Below, one piece after another: positions 9,034-17,121 of a DNA stretch of 64,000 bases (position 1 is its first letter; each line of letters begins with the position of its first letter). The stretch is taken from positions 66,082 to 130,081 of the forward strand of contig CAZNWB010000001.1 of NCBI GenBank assembly GCA_964576535.1. Direction: 5' to 3'. Made by a program: the position numbers and the translations under genes. The stretch comes from an uncultured bacterium (GTDB lineage Bacteria > Methylomirabilota > Methylomirabilia > Methylomirabilales > 2-02-FULL-66-22). The notes under the pieces were generated by a model, which was not told the origin of the DNA, did no database searches, and saw only the letters and a program-made list of their open reading frames with translations.

Positions 9034-9837
9034 TTAGCGAACGATCAGGCCGGCATAGGCGACCACCTCGTGTAGGTCCCGGGTGACCTCCCCCGAATCG
9101 GTGTACATCACCAGATCCGCCCGCGAAGCCCCCAGGGCCTTGGCCGCGACGAGCATGGCCGTGCTGGGGTGGAACCCGCACATGCTGATTCCCTCCCGGC
9201 GCACGACCCGGTGAAGCCCCTCTGGGTCCAGGGCAAGGATCGCGTCAATGGCCTTGCGGTCTTTCTGCGTCGCCTCGTCGCGGGAGACGTAGTGGCTCAT
9301 ATCGGTGCTGGCAACCAGAAGTACCCGCTTGTTCGTCTCCCGGACCGCCTTGGCCACGGCCTGCCCCACGTCCTGGCAGGCCCCGTATTCGTGACTGAAC
9401 AGACAGATGGGCACGAAGCTGAAGGGACGTTCGAAGTACTGCAGGAACGGGAGCTGCACCTCGATGGAGTGCTCGCGGGCGTGGCCGAGGTGGTCTTCCT
9501 CCAACACCGCCGAGTTCTCCAGGATCGCCCTTCCCAGGTCGGGGTCAATGGGCACCTTGCCCAGCGGCGTCTCCCACTGGCCATAGGTCATGACGGCGGC
9601 GCCGGCTCCCAGGCCGGTGTGGTTCGGACCCAGGATCACAACGATGTCCGGAAAGGTCACCCGCGAGTAGACCGCCCCCGCCACCTTCCCCGAGTACATG
9701 TATCCGGCATGAGGCGCGACCACCCCGATGGCGCGCTCCTGCGGGACCCCCCGAGGCAGGAGATCTTCCACCTGCAAGCGCAACCGGTCCCGCGTCCCGG
9801 CGTAAAACGAACCCGCCACCGCCGATCGCCGGATCAT
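9034..9837 (-). CDS. MEMO1-family protein (AmmeMemoRadiSam system protein B-like)
   Basis: ..VAGSFYAG.., VVAPHAGYMYSG, ..HSIEVQLPFL.. and ..STDMSHY.. are typical Memo motifs. Confidence 0.85.
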   Translation of the reverse strand: MIRRSAVAGSFYAGTRDRLRLQVEDLLPRGVPQERAIGVVAPHAGYMYSGKVAGAVYSRVTFPDIVVILGPNHTGLGAGAAVMTYGQWETPLGKVPIDPDLGRAILENSAVLEEDHLGHAREHSIEVQLPFLQYFERPFSFVPICLFSHEYGACQDVGQAVAKAVRETNKRVLLVASTDMSHYVSRDEATQKDRKAIDAILALDPEGLHRVVRREGISMCGFHPSTAMLVAAKALGASRADLVMYTDSGEVTRDLHEVVAYAGLIVR

Positions 9838-9886
9838 TTCGTGCCCTCCTCCTGCCGGCTGTTCGCTTTCACCCTCATCTATTTTC

Positions 9887-9913
9887 AGTATAGCATGCCA
9901 GGGCGGAGATCAA
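9887..9913 (-). promoter_or_regulatory. Candidate extended -10 promoter (TTGATC-N15-TGcTATACT)
   Basis: Minus strand, about 50 nt upstream of the Memo start. The short spacer lowers confidence. Confidence 0.4.
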
Positions 9914-9961
9914 GGAGGGGCAATCTGTCAGGCAGGGGCAAAGGAAGGGAGTGAGAACGTC

Positions 9962-9983
9962 AAAAGGGCCGCTCCCGGCGGCC
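9962..9983 (-). terminator. Intrinsic terminator GGCCGC-CGGGA-GCGGCC-CTTTTG
   Basis: Minus-strand hairpin plus T4, immediately after an in-frame TGA (9984-9986) of an unlisted small reading frame. Confidence 0.55.
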
Positions 9984-10137
9984 TCAGGTGATCAGGACAC
10001 TGACGCTCTCGCCGTACTTCGCCTTCAGCTCCTTCACCAGGGCGTCCGCCTGTTCTCCCTTGACCCGGATGACGAAGTCCCGGTAGCCGGGTCGCGTATG
10101 GAGAACGGTATGGAAGATGCGGAGGGTGAGGCGGGAC

Positions 10138-11106
10138 CTACTGGCTCTGTGGGGGAAGAGACAGCCGGAGCCACTCGACCTGCTGGGCTAGGCCCTCCCG
10201 GAGGGACACGCGGGGCGAGAAACCCAGGATCTCCCGGGCACGCGTAGTGTCCGCCCAGGTATGGCGGACGTCGCCGGGCTGCGGCGGGCGCTGCTCCCGG
10301 CGAACCGGGCGTCCCAGGATCTCCTCCAGCGTCGCCAGGACCTGGTTCACGCTGCTTCGCGATCCGCCCCCGATGTTAAACACCTGGCCAACCGCACTCG
10401 GCCCTAAGGCCAGCCAGTTCGCCTCCACCGCATCCGCCACGTAGGTGAAGTCCCGCGTCTGCTCCCCATCGCCATAGACGAGGATGGGGCGATCCTGAAG
10501 GGCAGCCAGGATGAACCGGTGGAAGCCCATGTCGGGCCGCTGGCGGGGTCCATAGACCGTAAAATACCGCAGCGCCACCGTCGGCACGCCGTGGTTGGCC
10601 TGATACAGGGCGCACAGGTGCTCCGCCGCCAGCTTGGTCACCCCGTAGGGGGAGAAGGGTTGGGGACGGGAGTCCTCCCGGAGGGGAAGGTCCGGTGACT
10701 GGCCGTACACCGAGGAGGACGACGCAAACACCAACCGCCGGAGCCGAGAGGAATCCTTCACCGCCTCCAGGAGGCGCTGCGTCGCCTGGACGTTGGACTC
10801 CAGGTAGATGTCGAACTCCCTGCCCCAGCTCGCCCGGACGCCGGGCTGGCCGGCCTGATGAAAGATGAAGTCCGCTTCGGCGACGAGCGCCCCCAGTTCC
10901 GCCTGGGCCACGTCGAGCTCGACGAAGCGGAATCCGGGCTCGTCCAGCAGTTGGCCCAGGTTCGCCATCTTGACGGCCCGGGGATAGTAATCGGTGAAGG
11001 CATCCACCCCGAGGATCCGGTGCCCCTCGCGGAGCAACCGCTCGGCGAGGTGCGACCCGATGAACCCGGCGACCCCCGTCACCAGCGAGACGGCCTCGCC
11101 GCTCAC
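10138..11106 (-). CDS. NAD-dependent nucleotide-sugar epimerase/dehydratase (SDR family)
   Basis: GTG at 11106 is preceded by GGGGAGGTGG and gives ..VSLVTGVAGFIGSHLAERLL.. and a YxxxK region. GTGA start/stop overlap with the upstream gene. Confidence 0.88.
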   Translation of the reverse strand: MSGEAVSLVTGVAGFIGSHLAERLLREGHRILGVDAFTDYYPRAVKMANLGQLLDEPGFRFVELDVAQAELGALVAEADFIFHQAGQPGVRASWGREFDIYLESNVQATQRLLEAVKDSSRLRRLVFASSSSVYGQSPDLPLREDSRPQPFSPYGVTKLAAEHLCALYQANHGVPTVALRYFTVYGPRQRPDMGFHRFILAALQDRPILVYGDGEQTRDFTYVADAVEANWLALGPSAVGQVFNIGGGSRSSVNQVLATLEEILGRPVRREQRPPQPGDVRHTWADTTRAREILGFSPRVSLREGLAQQVEWLRLSLPPQSQ

Positions 11107-11975
11107 CGCGCCACCTCCCCAGGAGACCCAAGGTGAGCCTGACTGGACCCCACCTCTCGCCGGGCGAGCGTCGCGAAGAAGCTGCCGATGATGATCTCGC
11201 TCTGCATCTGGACGGGAATCCGCTCCGCATCGTCCGTGATCCACACGATCATGTGTCCCTTCCGCTGGAAGATCCCTTCGAACTTGAGGAGAGGTTCCAC
11301 CACCACGGTCTCCCGCCGGCCCAGGGCCGTCTCCAGCGTCTCCCGCCGCAGCACCTTGACCTCCAGGTCCCAGTTCTTCCGGCTGGCGAACACCCGGGCG
11401 CGGACCGTATTGCCCGGCGTGAGCGTCTGGGTGCGGATATAGTACAGCACCGACAATTCGTCCAGGGCCCCGGGGTTGAGGGGGAACTCTTGCTCCACGT
11501 ACTTGCCGTACTGCTCCGCCTCCTCCAGGCGCGAAATCTCGCGGGGCACCGGACTGAAGTCCAGGTATCGGAACCTCGCGATGCCCTTGACGTGATCGAA
11601 GTCCGTCCGGCTGCTGTGCCGGTAACGCCCCTCCCGCAGGTGCTTCTCGAACCTCAGCGCCCGCGGGGAATCCTGGGCCAGGTACGATTCGCTCCGGTCG
11701 TCCACCCGGTAAATTTTGGATATCCAGGGTGTGGACGTGGCGGTCGTCACCAGATGGTACGCGGGCTGGCCGTTGAGCTGCACCACCCCCAGCGCCTCGA
11801 GGGTGGCCTGCCCCGCCTTGATCCCCAGCCAGGTGACGTCGTAGACCAGGCGCTCACCCCCGCGGTACACCCCGAGAACCTCGCCCGGTTGCCCCGCCCA
11901 GGCGTGGCCTGGCAGAACGAGGGCTCCGATGACAACAAGCATCAACCGCAGAGTGAACAACACGGCAAACTCCAT
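11103..11975 (-). CDS. DUF3108-like secreted protein
   Basis: ATG at 11975 gives the signal peptide MEFAVLFTLRLMLVVIGALVLPGHAWA, then ..LVYDVTWLGIKAGQATLE.. typical of DUF3108. Confidence 0.8.
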   Translation of the reverse strand: MEFAVLFTLRLMLVVIGALVLPGHAWAGQPGEVLGVYRGGERLVYDVTWLGIKAGQATLEALGVVQLNGQPAYHLVTTATSTPWISKIYRVDDRSESYLAQDSPRALRFEKHLREGRYRHSSRTDFDHVKGIARFRYLDFSPVPREISRLEEAEQYGKYVEQEFPLNPGALDELSVLYYIRTQTLTPGNTVRARVFASRKNWDLEVKVLRRETLETALGRRETVVVEPLLKFEGIFQRKGHMIVWITDDAERIPVQMQSEIIIGSFFATLARREVGSSQAHLGSPGEVAR

Positions 11976-12011
11976 GAAAGGCCGAACGACCAAACTACAA
12001 TGGATCGGCAG

Positions 12012-12076
12012 AGTACGCAGATTTCACAGATTTTCCAGGGAGAGTCAACTCGGAAGAATCTGCGTAATCTGCGATC
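12012..12076. repeat. Octamer-word hairpin (ACGCAGAT TTCACAGAT.. / ..GAATCTGCGT AATCTGCG)
   Basis: ACGCAGATT at 12014 pairs with AATCTGCGT at 12056. The stop codon of the GT9 gene (12045) lies in the loop, and the right arm encodes its last residues (SQITQILPS). Confidence 0.6.
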
Positions 12077-13181
12077 CCGCCCCGAGGCGGGACTGCGGAT
12101 CCTTAGAGGTTTTTCCCCGGGTTCGCAGCACATCGCGCGCGGCCCCCAGCACGTCGGCCACGCTGAGGTCGCGCATGCAGCGATAGGTATCGGCGATCTG
12201 ACACCGGCGTTGCAGGCAGGGGCTACACGGCAGGTCCCGCCGCAGGACCTTCCCCGGGCCCAGGGGTCCCGTCCGCCGCGGGTCGGTGGGGCCGAACAGC
12301 GCCACGACCGGCGTCCCCACGGCTGCGGCGATGTGCAGGGGGCCCGAGTCCACGCTGATCATGAGGTCAGCCTCCTTGAGGACGGCCACCAACTGCGTCA
12401 GCGTGAGGCGCCCGACCAGGGACACCGGCGACGGATCGAGGCCGGCGAGGATGGCAGCGGCCGCCGGTTCGTCCTCCCGGCTGCCGGTCAAGACAACGCC
12501 TGCACCCTCCGCCAGAAGAGTCCGTGCCAGTGCGCGCCAGCGGTCCGGCTCCCAGAGCTTGGTGCGCCAGCGCGCCGTCGGGTGCAGGACGATGCGCGGC
12601 CGGGGAGACCCCGACAGCACGGACTGCGCGACAACACCCTCCTGCGGTGGGACGGAGATGTGAAACTCCCGGACCGGCTCCGTGGCGTCCACGGCCGCCG
12701 CCAGTGCCAGGTACCGCTCCACGGCATGCACCGGCTGGGGCGGTGCTGTGACCCGGTGGGTAAGGACCCAAGGGGCCCCCTCCCGCCCCTCGGCAAAGCC
12801 GACCCGGGTCGGGGCTCCGGTGGCGACGACGTACAGGGCGCTCTTGAATAGCCCCTGAAGGTCCAGCACCACGTCGTAGCTCCGGCGCCGGAGGTCGGCC
12901 GCAAACTGGCGCATCTCGCCCAGGGTGCGGCCAAGGTGCCGCGGGTCCCGGAGCTGTCGCAGCCACCGTCGCCTGCCCGACACCACGACCCCGCTCAAGG
13001 CGGGATGATCCCGGACGATGTCCGCTGCCTCCTCTTCGACAAGCCAGTCCAGGCGGGCATTCGGGTACCGCCGGTGGAGCGTCGCCGCCACCGGAAGGGC
13101 GTGCACGACATCGCCCAGGGCGCTTGGCTTGACCAGCAGGATCCTGCCGGCGCCGTCAAGCCGAAGGAGAGGCGATACCAT
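12045..13181 (-). CDS. GT9 LPS heptosyltransferase
   Basis: ATG at 13181 gives ..RILLVKPSALGDVVHALPV..; the C-terminal half has ..VSVDSGPLHIAAAVGTPVVALFGPT.., the GT9 signature. Confidence 0.85.
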   Translation of the reverse strand: MVSPLLRLDGAGRILLVKPSALGDVVHALPVAATLHRRYPNARLDWLVEEEAADIVRDHPALSGVVVSGRRRWLRQLRDPRHLGRTLGEMRQFAADLRRRSYDVVLDLQGLFKSALYVVATGAPTRVGFAEGREGAPWVLTHRVTAPPQPVHAVERYLALAAAVDATEPVREFHISVPPQEGVVAQSVLSGSPRPRIVLHPTARWRTKLWEPDRWRALARTLLAEGAGVVLTGSREDEPAAAAILAGLDPSPVSLVGRLTLTQLVAVLKEADLMISVDSGPLHIAAAVGTPVVALFGPTDPRRTGPLGPGKVLRRDLPCSPCLQRRCQIADTYRCMRDLSVADVLGAARDVLRTRGKTSKDPQSRLGAGSQITQILPS

Positions 13182-14850
13182 CCCGCTGCTCCGTCCGCGC
13201 CAGGAACCACTCCACGGCCGCCCGGAGGTCGTCGGCAATATGTTCCGGGGGCGGCAGCGTTCCGGCCTGGATCTTTTCCCATTGCTCTTGCCCATGGCCG
13301 GTCCGCAGCATGATCGCCCGCATCCCCGGAAACGCCTGGGCGAGCGCGGCGTCGGTCACGTGATCGCCGATGACCACCGATCGGGCAGGGTCCAGATCGG
13401 AGTCGCGGATGGCCTGATGGATCATGCCCGGCTTGGGCTTCCGGCATTCACACTCGCGCCGGTATTCCGGCGGTCCGTGCTCGGGGTGGTGGGGGCAATA
13501 GTAGATCCCGTCGAGTCGCACGCCGGCCTCGGTCAAGAGTGCCGCCAGACGGCCGTTGACCCTGCGGACATCCGCCTCGGTGATCAGGCCCCGCGCCACT
13601 CCCGCCTGGTTCGTGACAAGGATGAGACGATACCCGGAAGCCTGGAGCCTCTGGAGGGCCTCGACGGCCCCCGGGATGATTCGGATGCCCGCTGGATCCC
13701 CCAGGTAACCCAGATCCTCGATGATCGTCCCATCCCGATCCAGGAAGGCGGCGGGAGAGCCGGGGACCGGGGACCCTGAGGGTGGGGTGGCCGAGAGACG
13801 AGAGCCGTGAGAATTCTTTAGCAGGTCGAGGGCGGCCTGGAGGACTCGGTCCTCGGTGACGCGGGTCATGCAGCGGTGGTCAATGGGGCACTCGCGCAGG
13901 AGGCACGGACTGCACGGCACTGGTTCCCGGACGATCCGGCTGTGCGGGCCGAGAGGACCAGTTGCCTGCGCGTCCGTGGGACCGAAAATCGCCAGGACCG
14001 GCGTTTCCACCGCAGCCGCCACGTGCATGGCCCCGGTGTCGTTGGTCAGGAGCAGGTGGGTTCGCGCCAGGAGCCCGACCAGAGTGCCGAGATCGGTGCG
14101 GCCGCCCAGGTTGATGGCCGGATGCCGCATCCCTGCACCCACCTCGTCCAAGATCGGGCGTTCTTGCGGAGAACCGATCAAGAGAATCCGGGCCCCACGC
14201 CGCTCCGCCAATCCGTCCGCCACCGCGGCGAACCGCTCCGGGGGCCAGCGCTTGGCGCCTCCGTACACCGAGCCTGGGTTGAGTGCCACAACCAGATCCG
14301 TGGGGCCGACGGCATGACCCTCCAGAAGTCTCCGGGCGTTCTGTCTCGCCTCGGCCGGCACACGCAGCCGCAGGGATGGGGTGCCGTCGCCGCCCAGTGC
14401 TCGGACGATCTCGAGATACCGCTCGACCTGGTGGTGCCCCGGTGCCGCCGTCGGGCGCCGGGCCGGATGGGTAAGCAGCCAGCGCCGGCCATCGGTCGGA
14501 GAGCCGACCCGCCGCGGAATGCCTGCCAGCCAGGGAACCACGGCCGCGTCCAGCGAGTTCGGGAACAGGACCGCAAGGTCAAAGCCCTCGTCCCGCAGCC
14601 TTTTCGCCAGGCGCCAACGCCCCATCACTCCCCGGTGGACATCCCCCGCCCGATACTCGAGGACCCGATCCACGGCCGGGTGTCCTGCGAACAGGCCGCT
14701 CACCCAGGGCTTCGCCAGCACCGAAATCTCGGCCTGGGGAAACCGGCGATCGAGGGCCTCCAGTGCCGGCAGCGTCAGAACGGCATCCCCGAGCCAGTTG
14801 ACCTGCCGCACGAGGATGCGTGTGATCTGTTGAGGATCGATGTCGATCAT
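13156..14850 (-). CDS. Fusion protein: GT9 heptosyltransferase (WaaF-like) + D,D-heptose 1,7-bisphosphate phosphatase (GmhB-like)
   Basis: N-terminal half has ..ILVRQVNWLGDAVLTLPAL.. and TNDTGAMHVAAAVETPVLAIFGPT. C-terminal part has AAFLDRDGTII..LVTNQAGVARG..CECRKPKPGM..GDHVTD, the HAD GmhB motifs. Confidence 0.85.
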   Translation of the reverse strand: MIDIDPQQITRILVRQVNWLGDAVLTLPALEALDRRFPQAEISVLAKPWVSGLFAGHPAVDRVLEYRAGDVHRGVMGRWRLAKRLRDEGFDLAVLFPNSLDAAVVPWLAGIPRRVGSPTDGRRWLLTHPARRPTAAPGHHQVERYLEIVRALGGDGTPSLRLRVPAEARQNARRLLEGHAVGPTDLVVALNPGSVYGGAKRWPPERFAAVADGLAERRGARILLIGSPQERPILDEVGAGMRHPAINLGGRTDLGTLVGLLARTHLLLTNDTGAMHVAAAVETPVLAIFGPTDAQATGPLGPHSRIVREPVPCSPCLLRECPIDHRCMTRVTEDRVLQAALDLLKNSHGSRLSATPPSGSPVPGSPAAFLDRDGTIIEDLGYLGDPAGIRIIPGAVEALQRLQASGYRLILVTNQAGVARGLITEADVRRVNGRLAALLTEAGVRLDGIYYCPHHPEHGPPEYRRECECRKPKPGMIHQAIRDSDLDPARSVVIGDHVTDAALAQAFPGMRAIMLRTGHGQEQWEKIQAGTLPPPEHIADDLRAAVEWFLARTEQRDGIASPSA

Positions 14851-14860
14851 TCGGGCTCTC

Positions 14861-14996
14861 AAAGGCGTTCGAGTGTTCGGTCGTTCGGGCGTTCGGCTGT
14901 TCCTGGAACCACCGAACTACCGGGACCCACGGCACCGCGGTCCAGCGCCTCGCGGACCGCGACGGCGTGGGTGCCCCGAACCACCGAACGCTTTTC
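14861..14996. repeat. GTTCGG-family element with nested GC-rich core hairpin (variant apex)
   Basis: Termini are AAAGGCGTTCG.. and ..CGAACGCTTTTC, with GTTCGNNN units and a core at 14920-14981. It fills the lpxL-like/waaF gap. Confidence 0.85.
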
Positions 14997-15023
14997 ATAC
15001 TGCGGTCCGCCGCTCCGACGATC

Positions 15024-16001
15024 CTAGCGGGGGCCGAAGGGTGCCTCCACGTCCTGCGACGTTGGCGCCTCCTGCTCCGTCTCGAGTCTCGGATCCAGCG
15101 GCAGGTGCGTCTTCCACCGCCGGTGGACCCAGAACCACTGGTCCGGCCGCTCCCGGATGAACGCCTCGATCGCCGCGGTGAACCGAGCCGTGTTCACCAC
15201 CAGGTCCGCCCGGAGGTCCCCGCTCCGGTGGATGGGCACCTCTGGGGCGATCTGGACCCGGTACTGGCCGCGGGCTTCTCGCATGATGGCGATGGGCACC
15301 ACGGCGGCGCCGGACCGGATGGCGATGAGGGCCGGCCCGGAGGCGGTCGAGGCGGGCCGGCCGAAAAAGGGAACCACCACGCCTTCCTTTTCGCTGATGT
15401 GCTGGTCGATCAGGATGCCGACGGTTTCCCCGCGCCTGAGCACCTGGAGGATCGCCTGGATTGCGTCCCGCTTCCGGATCACCCGGTTCCCGCCACGCTC
15501 CCGAAGGGCCGTGAGCAGATCGTCGAGTCGAGGATTGTCCAGGGGTCGGGCCACCATGTGGGTCGGTCCCAAGTACAGGGAGGCGAACAGCGGCAGGAGT
15601 TCCCAGGGGCCGAAGTGCGCCATGATCACGAGCACGCCCTTGCCCCGTTGCCGTGCCGAGAGCAGCCGTTCGAAACCGTCCAGCTGGATGGCGCCCGCCT
15701 CTCGCCCGCTGAGGAGTCTGTCCGAACGGGCCACGTCCACGACCGTCCGCCCCAGGTTCTCGAACACACGGCGCGCCAGCGTCTCAACCTCCGAGGGCGA
15801 GAAACGGTCCGGGAACGCTCGCGAGAGATTCTCGACGGCGACGGTCCGGTGCCGTCGGTCCAGCCCGAAGGCCAAACGCCCGGCCCCCTCCCCCAGGGCG
15901 TAGACGACCGACTCGGGAAGCCAGGCCAAGACCCGCGCAAGACCCGCGACCAGCGCCCATTCGGCCAGGGCCACCGGGCTCCATCGGGATCGCTTAGCCA
16001 C
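15024..16001 (-). CDS. Lipid A biosynthesis late acyltransferase (LpxL/HtrB family)
   Basis: GTG at 16001 overlaps the lpxK stop. ..IMAHFGPWELLP.. (HX4E-type), ..DQHISEKEGVVVPFFGRPA.. and ..WFWVHRRWK. Confidence 0.85.
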   Translation of the reverse strand: MAKRSRWSPVALAEWALVAGLARVLAWLPESVVYALGEGAGRLAFGLDRRHRTVAVENLSRAFPDRFSPSEVETLARRVFENLGRTVVDVARSDRLLSGREAGAIQLDGFERLLSARQRGKGVLVIMAHFGPWELLPLFASLYLGPTHMVARPLDNPRLDDLLTALRERGGNRVIRKRDAIQAILQVLRRGETVGILIDQHISEKEGVVVPFFGRPASTASGPALIAIRSGAAVVPIAIMREARGQYRVQIAPEVPIHRSGDLRADLVVNTARFTAAIEAFIRERPDQWFWVHRRWKTHLPLDPRLETEQEAPTSQDVEAPFGPR

Positions 16002-17121
16002 GCGCCCCCCCAACGGACCGGGTGAGAAGCGCGTCGAGAGCTTCCGCACCCTCGATGATCTCCAGGTCCACGCAGAGCACCCGGAGCGGTCGGTCAGGCC
16101 GTCCACCCCCGTCCCAGGCGGGCATGCGAAGCGCGTCCTTCTCCGTCGTGATGACCAGGTCGGCCCGGGCCTCGTCCGCACCCCGCCCCACCCGCGCGAG
16201 GTCGGCCGGGCCGTACGGATGGTGGTCCGGGAATGTCAGCGTCCCGGCCACGACCGCCCCGAGGTCCGTGAGGGTACGGTGGAAGGCCTCGGGGTTGGCG
16301 ATACCGCTCACCGCCAGGACCCGCCGACCCCCCAGTGAGGCGAGTGGGTATTCCTCACCCTCAGGGAAGCGCATCAGACGCGCCGGCCGATGCCGCGCGA
16401 GAACCTGGAGCGCGCCCGGGACGATCTGCTCCAGGCAGCGCCGCAGACCGGGAAGATCCGACGCCTGGTCCGACCGGGTCAAAATAATCGCCTGGGCGCG
16501 ACAAAGCGCAGCCACGGGTTCCCGCAGGCGCCCCCGCGGCAAGAGCCGGCCCCCCCCGAAGGCATCGCTCGCGTCCACCATGACAAGATCCAGATCCCGA
16601 TGGAGTTGCCGGTGCTGAAAGCCATCGTCGAGCAGCAGGACGTCCAGCCGGAAGCGGCGCAGGACCTCCTGCCCCGCCTGGAACCGGCTTGCCCCCACCA
16701 CCACCGGAACGCCGGGGAGGCGCCGGGCGAGGAGCATCGCTTCGTCGCCCACGGCTTCCCAGCGGGAACGAACCTCCCGGTCATCGGCCGCCAGCGTCAC
16801 CCCCGACACGTGGCGTCCGTACCCACGGAGGAGGATCCCCGCGGCGTGCCCCCACCCGCGGAGCCGCTGGGCCAGGGCGATGGTGCAGGGCGTCTTGCCC
16901 GTTCCCCCCACCGTCAGGTTGCCGATGGAGACCACCGGGCACGGCAGGCGGCGGATTCGCCGCAGCCCCGAGGCAAAGGTCCAGTCTCGGACCTCCACCC
17001 CGACTCGGTATCCGGCCGTTGCCGCCGCCAGCACCGCCAGCCAGAGCCGCTGCGCCAGCGTCGGTGCCGGCGACCGCATCGAGCCCAGGGAGTAGGCCTT
17101 GACCGCGGTCCCCAGACTCAC
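15994..17121 (-). CDS. lpxK: Tetraacyldisaccharide 4'-kinase
   Basis: ..VVSIGNLTVGGTGKTP.. P-loop and the expected length. GTGA overlap with the waaA stop. Confidence 0.92.
   Translation of the reverse strand: MSLGTAVKAYSLGSMRSPAPTLAQRLWLAVLAAATAGYRVGVEVRDWTFASGLRRIRRLPCPVVSIGNLTVGGTGKTPCTIALAQRLRGWGHAAGILLRGYGRHVSGVTLAADDREVRSRWEAVGDEAMLLARRLPGVPVVVGASRFQAGQEVLRRFRLDVLLLDDGFQHRQLHRDLDLVMVDASDAFGGGRLLPRGRLREPVAALCRAQAIILTRSDQASDLPGLRRCLEQIVPGALQVLARHRPARLMRFPEGEEYPLASLGGRRVLAVSGIANPEAFHRTLTDLGAVVAGTLTFPDHHPYGPADLARVGRGADEARADLVITTEKDALRMPAWDGGGRPDRPLRVLCVDLEIIEGAEALDALLTRSVGGARG

Noticed and set aside
9951-10247. 98-aa plus-strand ORF in the Memo-epimerase spacer
   Set aside because: Its composition is poor and there is no SD. 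The opposite strand carries a more protein-like frame ending at a terminator (reported as a finding).
11133-12851. 572-aa plus-strand ORF
   Set aside because: It is antisense to the DUF3108 and GT9 genes and has no motifs.
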